The notes below the pieces were generated by a model. The model was not told the DNA's origin and searched no databases. It was given only the letters and a program-made list of their open reading frames with translations. The position numbers and the translations under genes are program-made. From a virus: 64,000 nt of DNA. Every line of letters starts with the position of its first letter. Position 1 is the first letter of the stretch. Where the stretch lies: UHGV virus genome UHGV-0042229. The stretch is one strand, 5' to 3'. Positions 49,910 to 59,807 of the stretch are shown piece after piece.

Positions 49910-50710
49910 TTAGCGCGTTGCCGCGACAGGTACCAGCACACCAGTATCAAGCAATCGCTTCATCAGCCACTGCTGACCTTTGCCGGTTATACGAGTCGTG
50001 AAAGAAATCCTGCTTCCATTGCTTGTATCGATCACGGTTTCTTTAAGGGTGAAATACCCACGGGATATGTATTCTTGTTTGGGGACGTTCCTGCGTTCAC
50101 CGGTTGCGATCAGAATTCCGTTATCACGCAACCAGGTGAAGAGATAGTTTTGGCCCAGACCGAGCACTTTGGCATAGTTGCCGATTAGAACCCCGCTGGC
50201 GGTAGCAACGCGTTCGGCGAATTCGACTTTAGGTGCATCCATAAGCATTTTTTGTTCCAGCCGTTGCTTTTGCTCTGCCAGGTCGGCAGCCAAACGGAGA
50301 GCTTCAGGGAGACTCTGCGGAATAGCAGGTTGTAATCTTCCGGCTCGATAGTCGATAAATGTCTGGTTTACCTTCAGCCGAAACGCGGGAGAAATCCAAC
50401 CAGCGTACTCCACTGCGAGCAATTCATGGGCAAAAGTGCCGCCGCCACGGCCTTCGAACGAAACTATGCAATTCTGCATAGTTTCTTTTTCAAGCTCTTC
50501 GATGAGCTGTTTAGCTGACAGCGTTCTTAGCCATTGAGCTGGCGCTTTATGGGCACCGAGTCCGCTCGCTCTGTGTAGAGCATTAAGGTTGTAACGGCCA
50601 GCGCGGTCGGTCGTAATTTCAACACCACAAATAACGGGCAGAGTGGTTGAAGGATCGACATTTTGATGAAGGTTTGATATATTCATATCCGCATTGAATG
50701 TTTGTTGCAT
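49910..50710 (-). CDS. kilA: KilA (266 aa): KilA-N domain plus Ant-like C-terminal domain
   Basis: N-terminal KilA-N pattern; C-terminal PQSLPEALRLAADLAEQKQRLE...GNYAKVLGLGQNYLFTWLRDNGIL... related to the Ant C-termini. Confidence 0.85.
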   Translation of the reverse strand: MQQTFNADMNISNLHQNVDPSTTLPVICGVEITTDRAGRYNLNALHRASGLGAHKAPAQWLRTLSAKQLIEELEKETMQNCIVSFEGRGGGTFAHELLAVEYAGWISPAFRLKVNQTFIDYRAGRLQPAIPQSLPEALRLAADLAEQKQRLEQKMLMDAPKVEFAERVATASGVLIGNYAKVLGLGQNYLFTWLRDNGILIATGERRNVPKQEYISRGYFTLKETVIDTSNGSRISFTTRITGKGQQWLMKRLLDTGVLVPVAATR

Positions 50711-50779
50711 TTTTTCTCCAAATTTGCATCAACCTTCAATCACCAGCTCGAAATGGTGATTCTTTGCACTTAGAAAACG

Positions 50780-50796
50780 AAATTTATTAGAGCAAA
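50780..50796 (-). promoter_or_regulatory. C1 operator-like site (Op53-like) upstream of kilA-repL
   Basis: aaatttattagagcaaa, 16/17 to reverse-complement consensus. Confidence 0.65.
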
Positions 50797-50873
50797 TTTT
50801 TCTGACTCGATCCAGATCGGGTTGGTCGATCTGCTCAGAAACCTGCCAGTTTGCTGGCAGGTTTTTTCTTTTG

Positions 50874-51917
50874 TTAACCTATTGCTACTGGTTTTAACAA
50901 ACCAGCATCAAGTAGCTTGCGAGTTAACCACTGCTGGCCTTTACCCGTTAATTGGGGCGTCAGCCGTATCTGGTAGCCATTTTCATCATCCAGCACCACT
51001 TCTTTCACCGTGAAATACCCGGCGTTAATGTACTGCTGGCGCGGTACGTTTTTGCGCGCACCAAAAGCCATGAGAATGCCGTTCTGGCGCAACCATGAGA
51101 AAAGGGCGTTTTGCTTAAGTCCAACGACCTTTGCAAAGTTCCCGATCAGGATTCCATTAGCCGCTGATACCCGGTCGGCAAAATCGACTTTAGGGGCTGC
51201 GGCCACCAGCTGTTGTTCCAACTGCATTTTCTGTTCTGCCAACTCGGCAGCCAGGCGTAGAGCGTCTGGTAATGTTTGGGGGATCGATGGGGCAGGGGAG
51301 TTTGCCTGCTGCAATTCTTCCAGTTTGTCGATCAGCGAACGGCGGACTGCTTTTGACTCGCGCGCGGCGACTCGCAGGGCTTGTTTGTAGGTCATGGTTA
51401 TGACAACCATAGGCGTACCGCCACCTGGCGGCACGGTTGCACTTTTTGTGTAACCGTCCTCACCTTCTAATTCGTCGAGTATTTTTTTGATGAATTTGTT
51501 GTTCCGAACCTCTGGTTCCCCACATAACTTACGCGCTTCATTGACCATCTTTAACAGCGTCTGGCTGTCGATTGTGTCTCCAGTGTTGGAGATAACATTC
51601 ACAGCTGGTGATGGCGTAGCTGAAGCAACAGATGCTGGTTTTTTAACATTCAAATTATTACTGGTCATTCTATGTGCCTCCTTTCTCATTTCTGCTGCCA
51701 CCGTTGCGTAACGTAGACGTCCTTGTTCAATCAAATAATCCCTGATCTCGGCTATCAGTAGCCTGTTGATCACAGCCTTATCTGTTCGGGTATAAAAACG
51801 TCTGGTTATCATGAAATAGTTGGCAATTGCGCCGGGGATCTCCCGTGTCGGCATACAGGCAGTATGCAGTGCGATCGCTTCGGCTATGTCATTACGGGTG
51901 ACGAGAGGTTTTTTCAT
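50874..51917 (-). CDS. ant: Antirepressor Ant (347 aa) of immI
   Basis: ATGA overlap with icd; C-terminal Ant domain; order c4-icd-ant-kilA-repL as in P1. Confidence 0.8.
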   Translation of the reverse strand: MKKPLVTRNDIAEAIALHTACMPTREIPGAIANYFMITRRFYTRTDKAVINRLLIAEIRDYLIEQGRLRYATVAAEMRKEAHRMTSNNLNVKKPASVASATPSPAVNVISNTGDTIDSQTLLKMVNEARKLCGEPEVRNNKFIKKILDELEGEDGYTKSATVPPGGGTPMVVITMTYKQALRVAARESKAVRRSLIDKLEELQQANSPAPSIPQTLPDALRLAAELAEQKMQLEQQLVAAAPKVDFADRVSAANGILIGNFAKVVGLKQNALFSWLRQNGILMAFGARKNVPRQQYINAGYFTVKEVVLDDENGYQIRLTPQLTGKGQQWLTRKLLDAGLLKPVAIG

Positions 51918-52135
51918 AAAACCCCCTGAACGTCGGAAGAGAAGGGGAGGTTCCAGTAACTAAGTGAATTGCGCGAGTTAGTTGAAAAACGGGCAGTAAA
52001 AATGCAGGGGCCATCAGGCAATTGAGAGCGTGCTTCGTCTTCTGTTGCTGCGATGACGAAGTGATAGTGGTGTTTTTTGCAGGAATAGAAACGCCAGATG
52101 AATTCTTGGCGTGCGCAAGGATTGGCATTAACCAT
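51914..52135 (-). CDS. icd: Icd (73 aa)
   Basis: MVNANPCARQEFIWRFYSCKKHHYHFVIAATEDEARSQLPDGPCIFTARFSTNSRNSLSYWNLPFSSDVQGVL; 73 codons, coupled to ant. Confidence 0.8.
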   Translation of the reverse strand: MVNANPCARQEFIWRFYSCKKHHYHFVIAATEDEARSQLPDGPCIFTARFSTNSRNSLSYWNLPFSSDVQGVL

Positions 52136-52194
52136 AGTTACGGCCTCACAATCAGGTTTAACAACCTGCTACCCGCTGCTAAACAGGTGGCAGG

Positions 52195-52300
52195 ACGTGA
52201 CGGGGTTAGCAGACTGGCGATTGTGAAACCAGCAGGCCGAAGCCTCCCCATCACGCCCCACCATAATTTGGGCGTAACGCAGTTTTACGGACACAAAAAT
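52195..52300 (-). ncRNA. c4: Putative c4 antisense RNA region (approximate bounds)
   Basis: Between operator and icd; direct repeats gctgctaaac at 52175-52184 and 52344-52353 (candidate targets) flank a segment whose transcript carries the complementary ctgctaac (plus strand gttagcag, 52205-52212). Exact ends not determined. Confidence 0.4.
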
Positions 52301-52449
52301 ACCGCAATATCGGATATCTGCGGCTGTCCGCACAATCATTCAGGCTGCTAAACCCGGTCGCAGAATTTGCTACGACGGCGAAACTATAAGCCTGAACGAT
52401 TAAAAGGTCAATATGATGCAAAAAGATAGCATTCGCGACTTAAAAATAC

Positions 52450-52466
52450 AAATTTATTAGAGCAGA
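52450..52466 (-). promoter_or_regulatory. C1 operator-like site (Op51-like) upstream of immI
   Basis: aaatttattagagcaga, 15/17 to reverse-complement consensus. Confidence 0.6.
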
Positions 52467-52747
52467 TTAGTGTCGTGCAATAGATATATTATTTGTGATG
52501 AAAAATAATGCAGAGGGATATTGTAACTTTAAGATGGATATCAATAGTCGATACATAAATTAAGTTAGCAATAAACTATTAACTTAAGAAATAATGCAGA
52601 TGGTGAACTTGTCTCTGACTTTTCAGCTATACACAATAAGTTAGGGATAGCTTATAAAAAGTTGATTAATTGATATAAGTCAATGGGAGTATTCTTGTTT
52701 ACTTTCCGTTCTCGTGGTAACTTCTCGCCGGTTTTTGTTTTTCTGGG

Positions 52748-53269
52748 ATGATTCTTATGTCTAAAAAGTATACTTTATGCGCTCTTGTTGTATCTGCAAT
52801 TCTTCTTTCTGGGTGTCAATCTAGCGGTGCTGATTATGCTGCCGATGTTTATGATACCGCTCAATTGAATTCGAAGCAGGAAACAAAGACAGTCAATATT
52901 ATCTCTGTGCTTCCAGCTAAAGTGAAAGTTGATAATAAAGCTAATAAAGAAGCGGCACAGACATTTGGTGCGGTACTGGGAGCTGTTGCTGGGGGCGTTG
53001 CCGGTTATAATGTTAAAGGCACATCGACACTGGGTGCTGTAGCTGGCGGTACTGGTGGTGCGGCTCTTGGTGCAGCGGCTGGTTCTTTGGTTAGTGATAA
53101 AACAATTGTTGAAGGTGTTTCACTGACTTATAAAGAAGGAACTAAGGTGTTCACTTCAACTCAAGTTGGTAAAGCATGCCAGTTTACAACGGGGCTTGCT
53201 GTGCTTATTTCAACTAAAGATAATGAAACTCGAATTCAGCCAAATGCTACTTGTCCAGAAAAGAAATAA
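52748..53269 (+). CDS. Outer-membrane lipoprotein with glycine-zipper (173 aa)
   Basis: Signal peptide with lipobox LLSGC; Gly-zipper GAVLGAVAGGVAGY...LGAVAGGTGGAALGAAAGSL; AT-rich codon usage. Confidence 0.65.
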   Translation: MILMSKKYTLCALVVSAILLSGCQSSGADYAADVYDTAQLNSKQETKTVNIISVLPAKVKVDNKANKEAAQTFGAVLGAVAGGVAGYNVKGTSTLGAVAGGTGGAALGAAAGSLVSDKTIVEGVSLTYKEGTKVFTSTQVGKACQFTTGLAVLISTKDNETRIQPNATCPEKK

Positions 53270-53272
53270 TTT

Positions 53273-53812
53273 ATGAATAAAATTATTTTATTTCTAATCT
53301 TTTCTACGTTTAGTGTAGGCACTGCCTTGGCTAACTCGTTGCAAAGTCAAATTGCTGCTATTGCTCAAGCGGAAAATGAAGGGCGAGCTAAAGAGCAGCA
53401 AGCTGAGGATGCCAGAAAAGAACTTATTCGCCAACAAGCACAAGCTGAACGTATTAGAAGAGAAAAAGCAGCATCTGCCGCTGCTGCACGCGAAAAACAG
53501 CGTGTTGCTGCAGAAAATGAACGTAGAGCGAAACGAGAAGCCGAGCTAGCAAATGACAAGAAGCGAGATCAAGCTTATGAGGATGAGCTTCGCAAGCTGC
53601 AACTCGAAAGCATGAAACTCGAACTGCAAGCAAAAGCGGCTCGTGTCCAGCGAGAAAACGATTTTATAGAGCAGGAGTTGAAGGAGAGAGCAGCTAAGAC
53701 AGATGTAATTCAGTCTGAGGCTGATGCAAATAGAAATATTTCTACAGGAAGTAAAGATTTACTGCAAAGCGAAGGAAAAGCTAGAGAGAAGAAAGCTAGC
53801 AGTTGGTGGTAG
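53273..53812 (+). CDS. Secreted charged coiled-coil protein (179 aa)
   Basis: N-terminal signal peptide MNKIILFLIFSTFSVGTALA; remainder K/R/E/A-rich coiled coil. Confidence 0.6.
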   Translation: MNKIILFLIFSTFSVGTALANSLQSQIAAIAQAENEGRAKEQQAEDARKELIRQQAQAERIRREKAASAAAAREKQRVAAENERRAKREAELANDKKRDQAYEDELRKLQLESMKLELQAKAARVQRENDFIEQELKERAAKTDVIQSEADANRNISTGSKDLLQSEGKAREKKASSWW

Positions 53813-53838
53813 TAATCGCTACGATTGCGAGCATACTG

Positions 53839-53861
53839 TCACAAATGACAACTCGTAGAAT
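53839..53861 (+). promoter_or_regulatory. Late-promoter-like motif upstream of the tail/baseplate operon
   Basis: tcacaaatgac-aactcg-TAGAAT; -10 is 32 nt upstream of the ATG at 53893 and overlaps one arm of a 12-bp inverted repeat. Confidence 0.5.
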
Positions 53862-53868
53862 CTGTTAA

Positions 53869-54459
<591 letters not shown>

Positions 54460-54469
54460 GGGGGCTGAT

Positions 54470-55081
54470 ATGGGGCTTAATGTTGCTTCAGTAAAGTCTT
54501 ATGTATCTTCGGCATTAACGACGACATTATTTGGCTCCGGCGTTGGTGAGCGGGAAGTTGGTAAGCTGACGTCAATCATCATGAACAAAATGCTGTTCGC
54601 GCAAGGATGGCAGTTCTCTGTCGAAGTTGATGGTCTGGAAGGGGCAGACTTCTTTGCTAAAGACATTACCTACCACGATTACAGCATCGAATATGAAACG
54701 ATTAAAATCGGCGGAGGGAATATCCTTCAGCCAACGGAGCGTTCGCCTGGGCAGATAACAATGATGGTCAGGGATACCGTTGATGGCCTCGTTTTGGACT
54801 GGTTTAAGACGGCAAAAGGTCGGGTGATCAATCCGGACGGTACCGGGAATATACCGTCTAAATATTTGCTCAATGTGCGTATTTATCGGTTGCTGTCCTC
54901 CGGTTTAACCAAACTGGAAAATGAGATGACGGTATTCCCGGTCACTACCGGCGATGTCACCTATGCGCGGGATCAGGTTACGGAATTTAAGTCATTCCCA
55001 ATGACCTTCGCATTGCACAGCACGTTTAACCAATCCTCAAGTTCTTTAGCTTCCCTTCTGGGCTTTAGTTTTTCTCTTTGA
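54470..55081 (+). CDS. Putative tail tube-like protein (203 aa)
   Basis: ORF track; position between late promoter and sit; assignment weak. Confidence 0.4.
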   Translation: MGLNVASVKSYVSSALTTTLFGSGVGEREVGKLTSIIMNKMLFAQGWQFSVEVDGLEGADFFAKDITYHDYSIEYETIKIGGGNILQPTERSPGQITMMVRDTVDGLVLDWFKTAKGRVINPDGTGNIPSKYLLNVRIYRLLSSGLTKLENEMTVFPVTTGDVTYARDQVTEFKSFPMTFALHSTFNQSSSSLASLLGFSFSL

Positions 55082-55095
55082 ATTAAGGAGCAAGG

Positions 55096-55977
55096 ATGCT
55101 TTTACCTCTTTTCCCGCTACCATCGCGGCCAACTGAATTGATCCAGTTCCGTCAGCCAAATATTGCTGATGCGATGCGTTTCAACTCGATAACACCGGAG
55201 GAACAAGAACAACAGACAACGGCGTATTTAAAAGTCTTGCTGGCTGAACCCGCGAAATATGATCCCCTGACATGGACGGCGCAGGACCGGATTACCGCGT
55301 TATGGTGGATATTTACTGGCTCCCGTGAAACACCGGTCGAGACATTCACCTACACCTGTAAACATTGCGGTAAAGAGCATTATTACGATTGCGATATGAA
55401 TGCTCTGGCTGAAGATATCCAGGTCCTGGAAGTGGAACCGTTCATTGACGATATTGAGGTGTCTGTAGAGGGCGTGCCTTATCAATGGCGTATCGTGCCG
55501 CTTGATGGTTGGGCAATGGAAATGCTGGAGATGCGCCGTGCAGCATTGCCACCTGAAGACGACGCGGAATTCAAAGAAGCGATCGTTGATTTGCGTTTTT
55601 GGGAATTCGCTTATCAGTGTGAACTTTATAACGATGTTAGCGGTACTCGTGAAGAGCAGGCTGAGCGTCGTTATGAAACGATCAAACGGATGGCCATTGA
55701 TACTGAATTTATGAAGCTGGCGGCACACATCCGGCTGGCTCATGAAAAGCTCGAACATGGTTTACCGTGCTACATCGATAAAGGCGAAATGCGTCTTCGT
55801 CTCCCGCCGCACAAATGCCCAAACCAGGATACAAAGGAGTCCACAGAGGGTGCGTATACCCGTCTGTGGGTGCCCTTTCGGGCTACCGACTTCATTCCAC
55901 AGGTGGGGATTGAAAAGCTATCAGACCTTAGTGTCCAACCTGGTTTTGTATGGGGGTATACCGATTCAGGACGCTGA
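55096..55977 (+). CDS. Hypothetical late protein (293 aa)
   Basis: ORF track; CxxC...C pattern (CKHCGKEHYYDC). Confidence 0.5.
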   Translation: MLLPLFPLPSRPTELIQFRQPNIADAMRFNSITPEEQEQQTTAYLKVLLAEPAKYDPLTWTAQDRITALWWIFTGSRETPVETFTYTCKHCGKEHYYDCDMNALAEDIQVLEVEPFIDDIEVSVEGVPYQWRIVPLDGWAMEMLEMRRAALPPEDDAEFKEAIVDLRFWEFAYQCELYNDVSGTREEQAERRYETIKRMAIDTEFMKLAAHIRLAHEKLEHGLPCYIDKGEMRLRLPPHKCPNQDTKESTEGAYTRLWVPFRATDFIPQVGIEKLSDLSVQPGFVWGYTDSGR

Positions 55978-56058
55978 AAGGCTCACTGAATCCTATGCGT
56001 TTTTCCTGTTGGAGAAACTGGAAGAAAAACTTAAACCGAAGCGGTAGGCGATAAGATC

Positions 56059-59000
56059 ATGGAAAGAAAAAACGCCAACATTGACGATGTGATAAGGACG
56101 GTTGAAACCGCCAGCGCAAAAGAGCTGGAAGAGCTTGCAGGTATTCGGGAAGCCGTTGAAGATTTGAAAGGGGGGCGAGTTGCTACAGTTGATCCTGTCT
56201 CTCGCAGTGTGTCGGCATTAAATCGCACAATCGAAAATTCCCGGCCAGACTTTGTGGCCAATGCGCCATCAGTGGACCCTATTGTTGAGGCAATGAAACG
56301 GCTTAATTTAGGGGACGTTTCTCGTGTAGTTCAGGAGGATGTTGCTCTACAGGAACCGCAGGCCAAATCAACTACGCGAAAGGGTAAAAAACGACGCAAG
56401 AAGGCTATAACAGAAGATGTAAAGGCGCAACGGACCGAAGCAGCCGAACACGCTCGCGAAATGTTCGGTCAAAAAGGCGGTGCGCAAAAAAGCCAAAACC
56501 AACGCGATGCGCGTGGTCGTTTTATTGGAAAGTCAGGGAGTAAGGCCGCAGCGGAAGATGCCCGTGCTGAACGTGCTGAAAAGGCTAGGCGCAAAGAGGA
56601 TGATGAGCGTCTAAATGCTGAATCAGGTTTATTAAAAAAACTGTCAAAAGTAGCTGAAGGCATAGGTAACCCTTCAGAGACTCGTGCCGTCGATGCGTTA
56701 GGTTATGCCGTTGCTGGTCCATTGTGGGCAGCAGGGAAGGAGCTTGGCGGGATATCAAAAGAAGTTGGTGGATCGCTTAATGGTGCCAGAAAGTCTATTG
56801 CCGATGTGATTCGTGGCAATGACGATAACAGCCGTAGAAAAGGTTTTTTTAGGCGTAAATCGCAAAATAGTGCCGATGTCGTTCAGGTTAACACCCAAAA
56901 ACGGACGGTTCAGGAACTTCAGGAGCAGACCAGCGAAATTAAAGAGGGCAATGACAAGATTCTCCGCGCCCTTGATCAGATAGCCAAAAACACCGGGAAA
57001 AAGAAGGGCGGCTTGCTGTCCAAACTATTTAGCCTGTTAGGGAAGGGGGCCGGTGGCGTCGCGTCGTTGTTAATGGGGCGTGGCATGCTGAAAAAAGCTG
57101 GAGCACTCGCTTTTGGCGCTCTGGGGGCAAAGAAACTTGTAGGAATGCTACGCGGTGGTGGCAAGAAGACTCTCGCCCATGAAGGCGGAGATTTGGCTGC
57201 CCGGGCAGCAGGTAAACTTGGATTAAAGGCAGTTGGTAAAGGGGCGTTACGCGCAATTCCCCTAGTCGGCACAGTGGCTGGAGGTATTTATGATGCGGTA
57301 ACCGGTTGGAATGATACAGAAGCGCAACGTCGAGCGTTTGGGCTTAAATCAGGACAAGATCCATCATTCCAGCAAAAAGCCGCTTATACGTTAGCTAATG
57401 TTCTTGATATGGGGGGACTGGTATCTGGTATTAGCAGCGCCATTGGTGAGGTTCTCAAATCACTTGGATTTGAGGATATCGGCAATATGTTGCAATCATT
57501 TTCGACGGAAAGTATTGCCCAGGCCATTGATAGTGGGATTACCAACTTAGAAACATATATTTCTAACCTTGGCGACACCATTTCTACCAAGTTCGATGAT
57601 TACACAGCAAAGATTGGTGATGCTGTTTCAGCATGGTTTAGCGATACATCTAATAAGCTGCTTGAAAAGCTGGATGCCATCAAAGACTTCTTTACTGTCG
57701 ATAACCTGAAACAGGTTTTCAGTGATGCAATTGATAGTGCAATTGATTTCATTAAGAACCCAGGGAAACATATTAAAGAGGCGGCTGGTAATATTTGGGA
57801 TGGGGTTAAAAATTTCCCCGGTAAAGCATTAGATGCAGCGGTTGATGCCGTTAAAAATACCCCTGCGGCAATGATTGTATCAAAAATACCCAATCCGATC
57901 GGCGAGGCTAATGCGAAAGAAATCACTCCAGAGTTAAAAGCTCCGGTTAATAGCCACCAGGAGACATCTGATTCTAAAACTGAATCCGATGCCAAACAGA
58001 CTAATATTGTTACCCGCGTGATAAATGCGGCACTGGACACGGCGAAAGATAGCAATAAAACAGTTAAAGAAACTGCTAATCAGATTATCAATGCAAATGC
58101 CGTAGAAACGGGCAATAGCGCGTTGCAGAAAATTGATAAAGCTATTGGTCAAAATAGCTCGTCATCATCGTCGCTTAATACCACTGGCACCAGGAATGAC
58201 ATTCAGAAAGCTGCGGATACCTACAACAATGGCAACTTGGATGTAAAAGTCGGAAGTCTTGGCGCTGAAGGTAAGGCAAATCTCGATAAGTTGGCTCCGT
58301 ATTTTGCCGAACTAGAGAATAAATACGGTCTTCCAGAAGGCACTCTTTACGCGATTGCTGCAACTGAATCTGGTGGTAATCCGTATGCAAAATCCCAAAC
58401 CGGTGCTCTGGGGATGTTTCAGTTCACGGGGATTGCTCGTGAAGAGACTGGCTTAGCTGAAGGTGAATCGTTTGATCCTGTGAAATCGGCAGAAGCTGCG
58501 GCTCTTCTCATGAGCAAATATCTGAAGCAAGCCAATGGAGACTTAAACGAGGCCATCACTGCATATAATGCTGGGTTTGGCACTATCAATAAGTGGAAAA
58601 AAGGCACAGGTGACTTATCGAAAGAAAACCGTGAGTACGCGATCAAGGTCAATACTCATCGTGCTCGCTATTTAGGTGGTGAAATCTATACACCTGGAGC
58701 AGGAGCACAGGGTGGGGCGCAATATGGAGTGAGGGGACCACTGCCTGATAACGCTGTTATCGATCAGTCTACTGGCCTGGCGTTTACCCCTGGTGATAGC
58801 CCGTTTGAGAAAGGCGGTCTGGTAGACAAAATTGGCAATGCTGTTGGCGTTAACGATCTGGTCAACAAATTCATGAATGGCCGGGGTATGCGTCGGGAAG
58901 TCGTTCAGGGAACGCTCGAAGAACGTGCACGAGGGAAGGGGACCGCAACAGCAGCTGGCAATGTGTATGTTGATACTCCGATGCCAGTTGAAGAGGCGCG

Positions 59001-59451
59001 TCCGGTGGCCAGCAACTCAAGTTACTTTGACCAACTCGGCGCACAAATGGGGATTGATGGACTATTTGATAAACTCCGCAACTCGCCGGGGATGCGGAAA
59101 AATAATGCGCCTGAACCAGCCTCCACGTCCCAGGTGACGACTGCCGCCAACGATTTGCAGCAACCAACCGGTCGTATGCAGATAGACGGACAGGTTATTA
59201 GTGACCTTGGCGGCTCCGGTGCCAAGCCGACAATGCAGTTGGCTGATAATACCGTTTCACTTGATGGTGAAACGAAGCGGCTGTTTGCGCAGATGACCTC
59301 ATTGCTTGCCAGGATTGAAGAGCACACTAAAGACTCGGCGAAAGGCCAGGGAACTGTCGTAAAGGTCAGCACGCCTCAACCGGGCGTTATGCGCACGGTG
59401 CCACTGTCAATTGATGATCCGTTGATGAATGACTACGCGAGAGTTGATTGA
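56059..59451 (+). CDS. sit: Tail tape-measure-like protein with lytic transglycosylase domain (1130 aa), Sit-like
   Basis: SLT-like motif ...LYAIAATESGGNPYAKSQTGALGMFQF...; long Gly/Ala/Lys-rich repeats; position upstream of baseplate and fibre genes. Confidence 0.75.
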   Translation: MERKNANIDDVIRTVETASAKELEELAGIREAVEDLKGGRVATVDPVSRSVSALNRTIENSRPDFVANAPSVDPIVEAMKRLNLGDVSRVVQEDVALQEPQAKSTTRKGKKRRKKAITEDVKAQRTEAAEHAREMFGQKGGAQKSQNQRDARGRFIGKSGSKAAAEDARAERAEKARRKEDDERLNAESGLLKKLSKVAEGIGNPSETRAVDALGYAVAGPLWAAGKELGGISKEVGGSLNGARKSIADVIRGNDDNSRRKGFFRRKSQNSADVVQVNTQKRTVQELQEQTSEIKEGNDKILRALDQIAKNTGKKKGGLLSKLFSLLGKGAGGVASLLMGRGMLKKAGALAFGALGAKKLVGMLRGGGKKTLAHEGGDLAARAAGKLGLKAVGKGALRAIPLVGTVAGGIYDAVTGWNDTEAQRRAFGLKSGQDPSFQQKAAYTLANVLDMGGLVSGISSAIGEVLKSLGFEDIGNMLQSFSTESIAQAIDSGITNLETYISNLGDTISTKFDDYTAKIGDAVSAWFSDTSNKLLEKLDAIKDFFTVDNLKQVFSDAIDSAIDFIKNPGKHIKEAAGNIWDGVKNFPGKALDAAVDAVKNTPAAMIVSKIPNPIGEANAKEITPELKAPVNSHQETSDSKTESDAKQTNIVTRVINAALDTAKDSNKTVKETANQIINANAVETGNSALQKIDKAIGQNSSSSSSLNTTGTRNDIQKAADTYNNGNLDVKVGSLGAEGKANLDKLAPYFAELENKYGLPEGTLYAIAATESGGNPYAKSQTGALGMFQFTGIAREETGLAEGESFDPVKSAEAAALLMSKYLKQANGDLNEAITAYNAGFGTINKWKKGTGDLSKENREYAIKVNTHRARYLGGEIYTPGAGAQGGAQYGVRGPLPDNAVIDQSTGLAFTPGDSPFEKGGLVDKIGNAVGVNDLVNKFMNGRGMRREVVQGTLEERARGKGTATAAGNVYVDTPMPVEEARPVASNSSYFDQLGAQMGIDGLFDKLRNSPGMRKNNAPEPASTSQVTTAANDLQQPTGRMQIDGQVISDLGGSGAKPTMQLADNTVSLDGETKRLFAQMTSLLARIEEHTKDSAKGQGTVVKVSTPQPGVMRTVPLSIDDPLMNDYARVD

Positions 59452-59807
59452 TGGCCAACAATAACGAAATTGATCCTTTGCTGACGCTGGAGTTATCCGG
59501 CGTAAAAACGTATGAGTCCCAGGAGGAGGCCTGGGGCGCTCGTTTATATGAGTGGCTAAACACTTATCAGGGTGAGGTATACGGAGATCCGTCATGGGGC
59601 AATGTTTTACCGCAGTTTAAACACGAACCGACCAACTTGTCGCATGTTCAAATTGCGGTTGAGGCAATGCTTTTGCAAAAACTGACGGTAGATTTACCCG
59701 ACATACCGATTTCTGGCTTGTCAGTAGCCGAGGGAGATGCTTTTGATAAGTTGAAAATATCCATTCGTATCAGGGATATAACTATCACACAGGACGTGGT
59801 GCTATGA
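59448..59807 (+). CDS. Hypothetical morphogenetic protein (119 aa)
   Basis: ORF track; start overlaps sit stop (ATGA). Confidence 0.5.
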   Translation: MMANNNEIDPLLTLELSGVKTYESQEEAWGARLYEWLNTYQGEVYGDPSWGNVLPQFKHEPTNLSHVQIAVEAMLLQKLTVDLPDIPISGLSVAEGDAFDKLKISIRIRDITITQDVVL

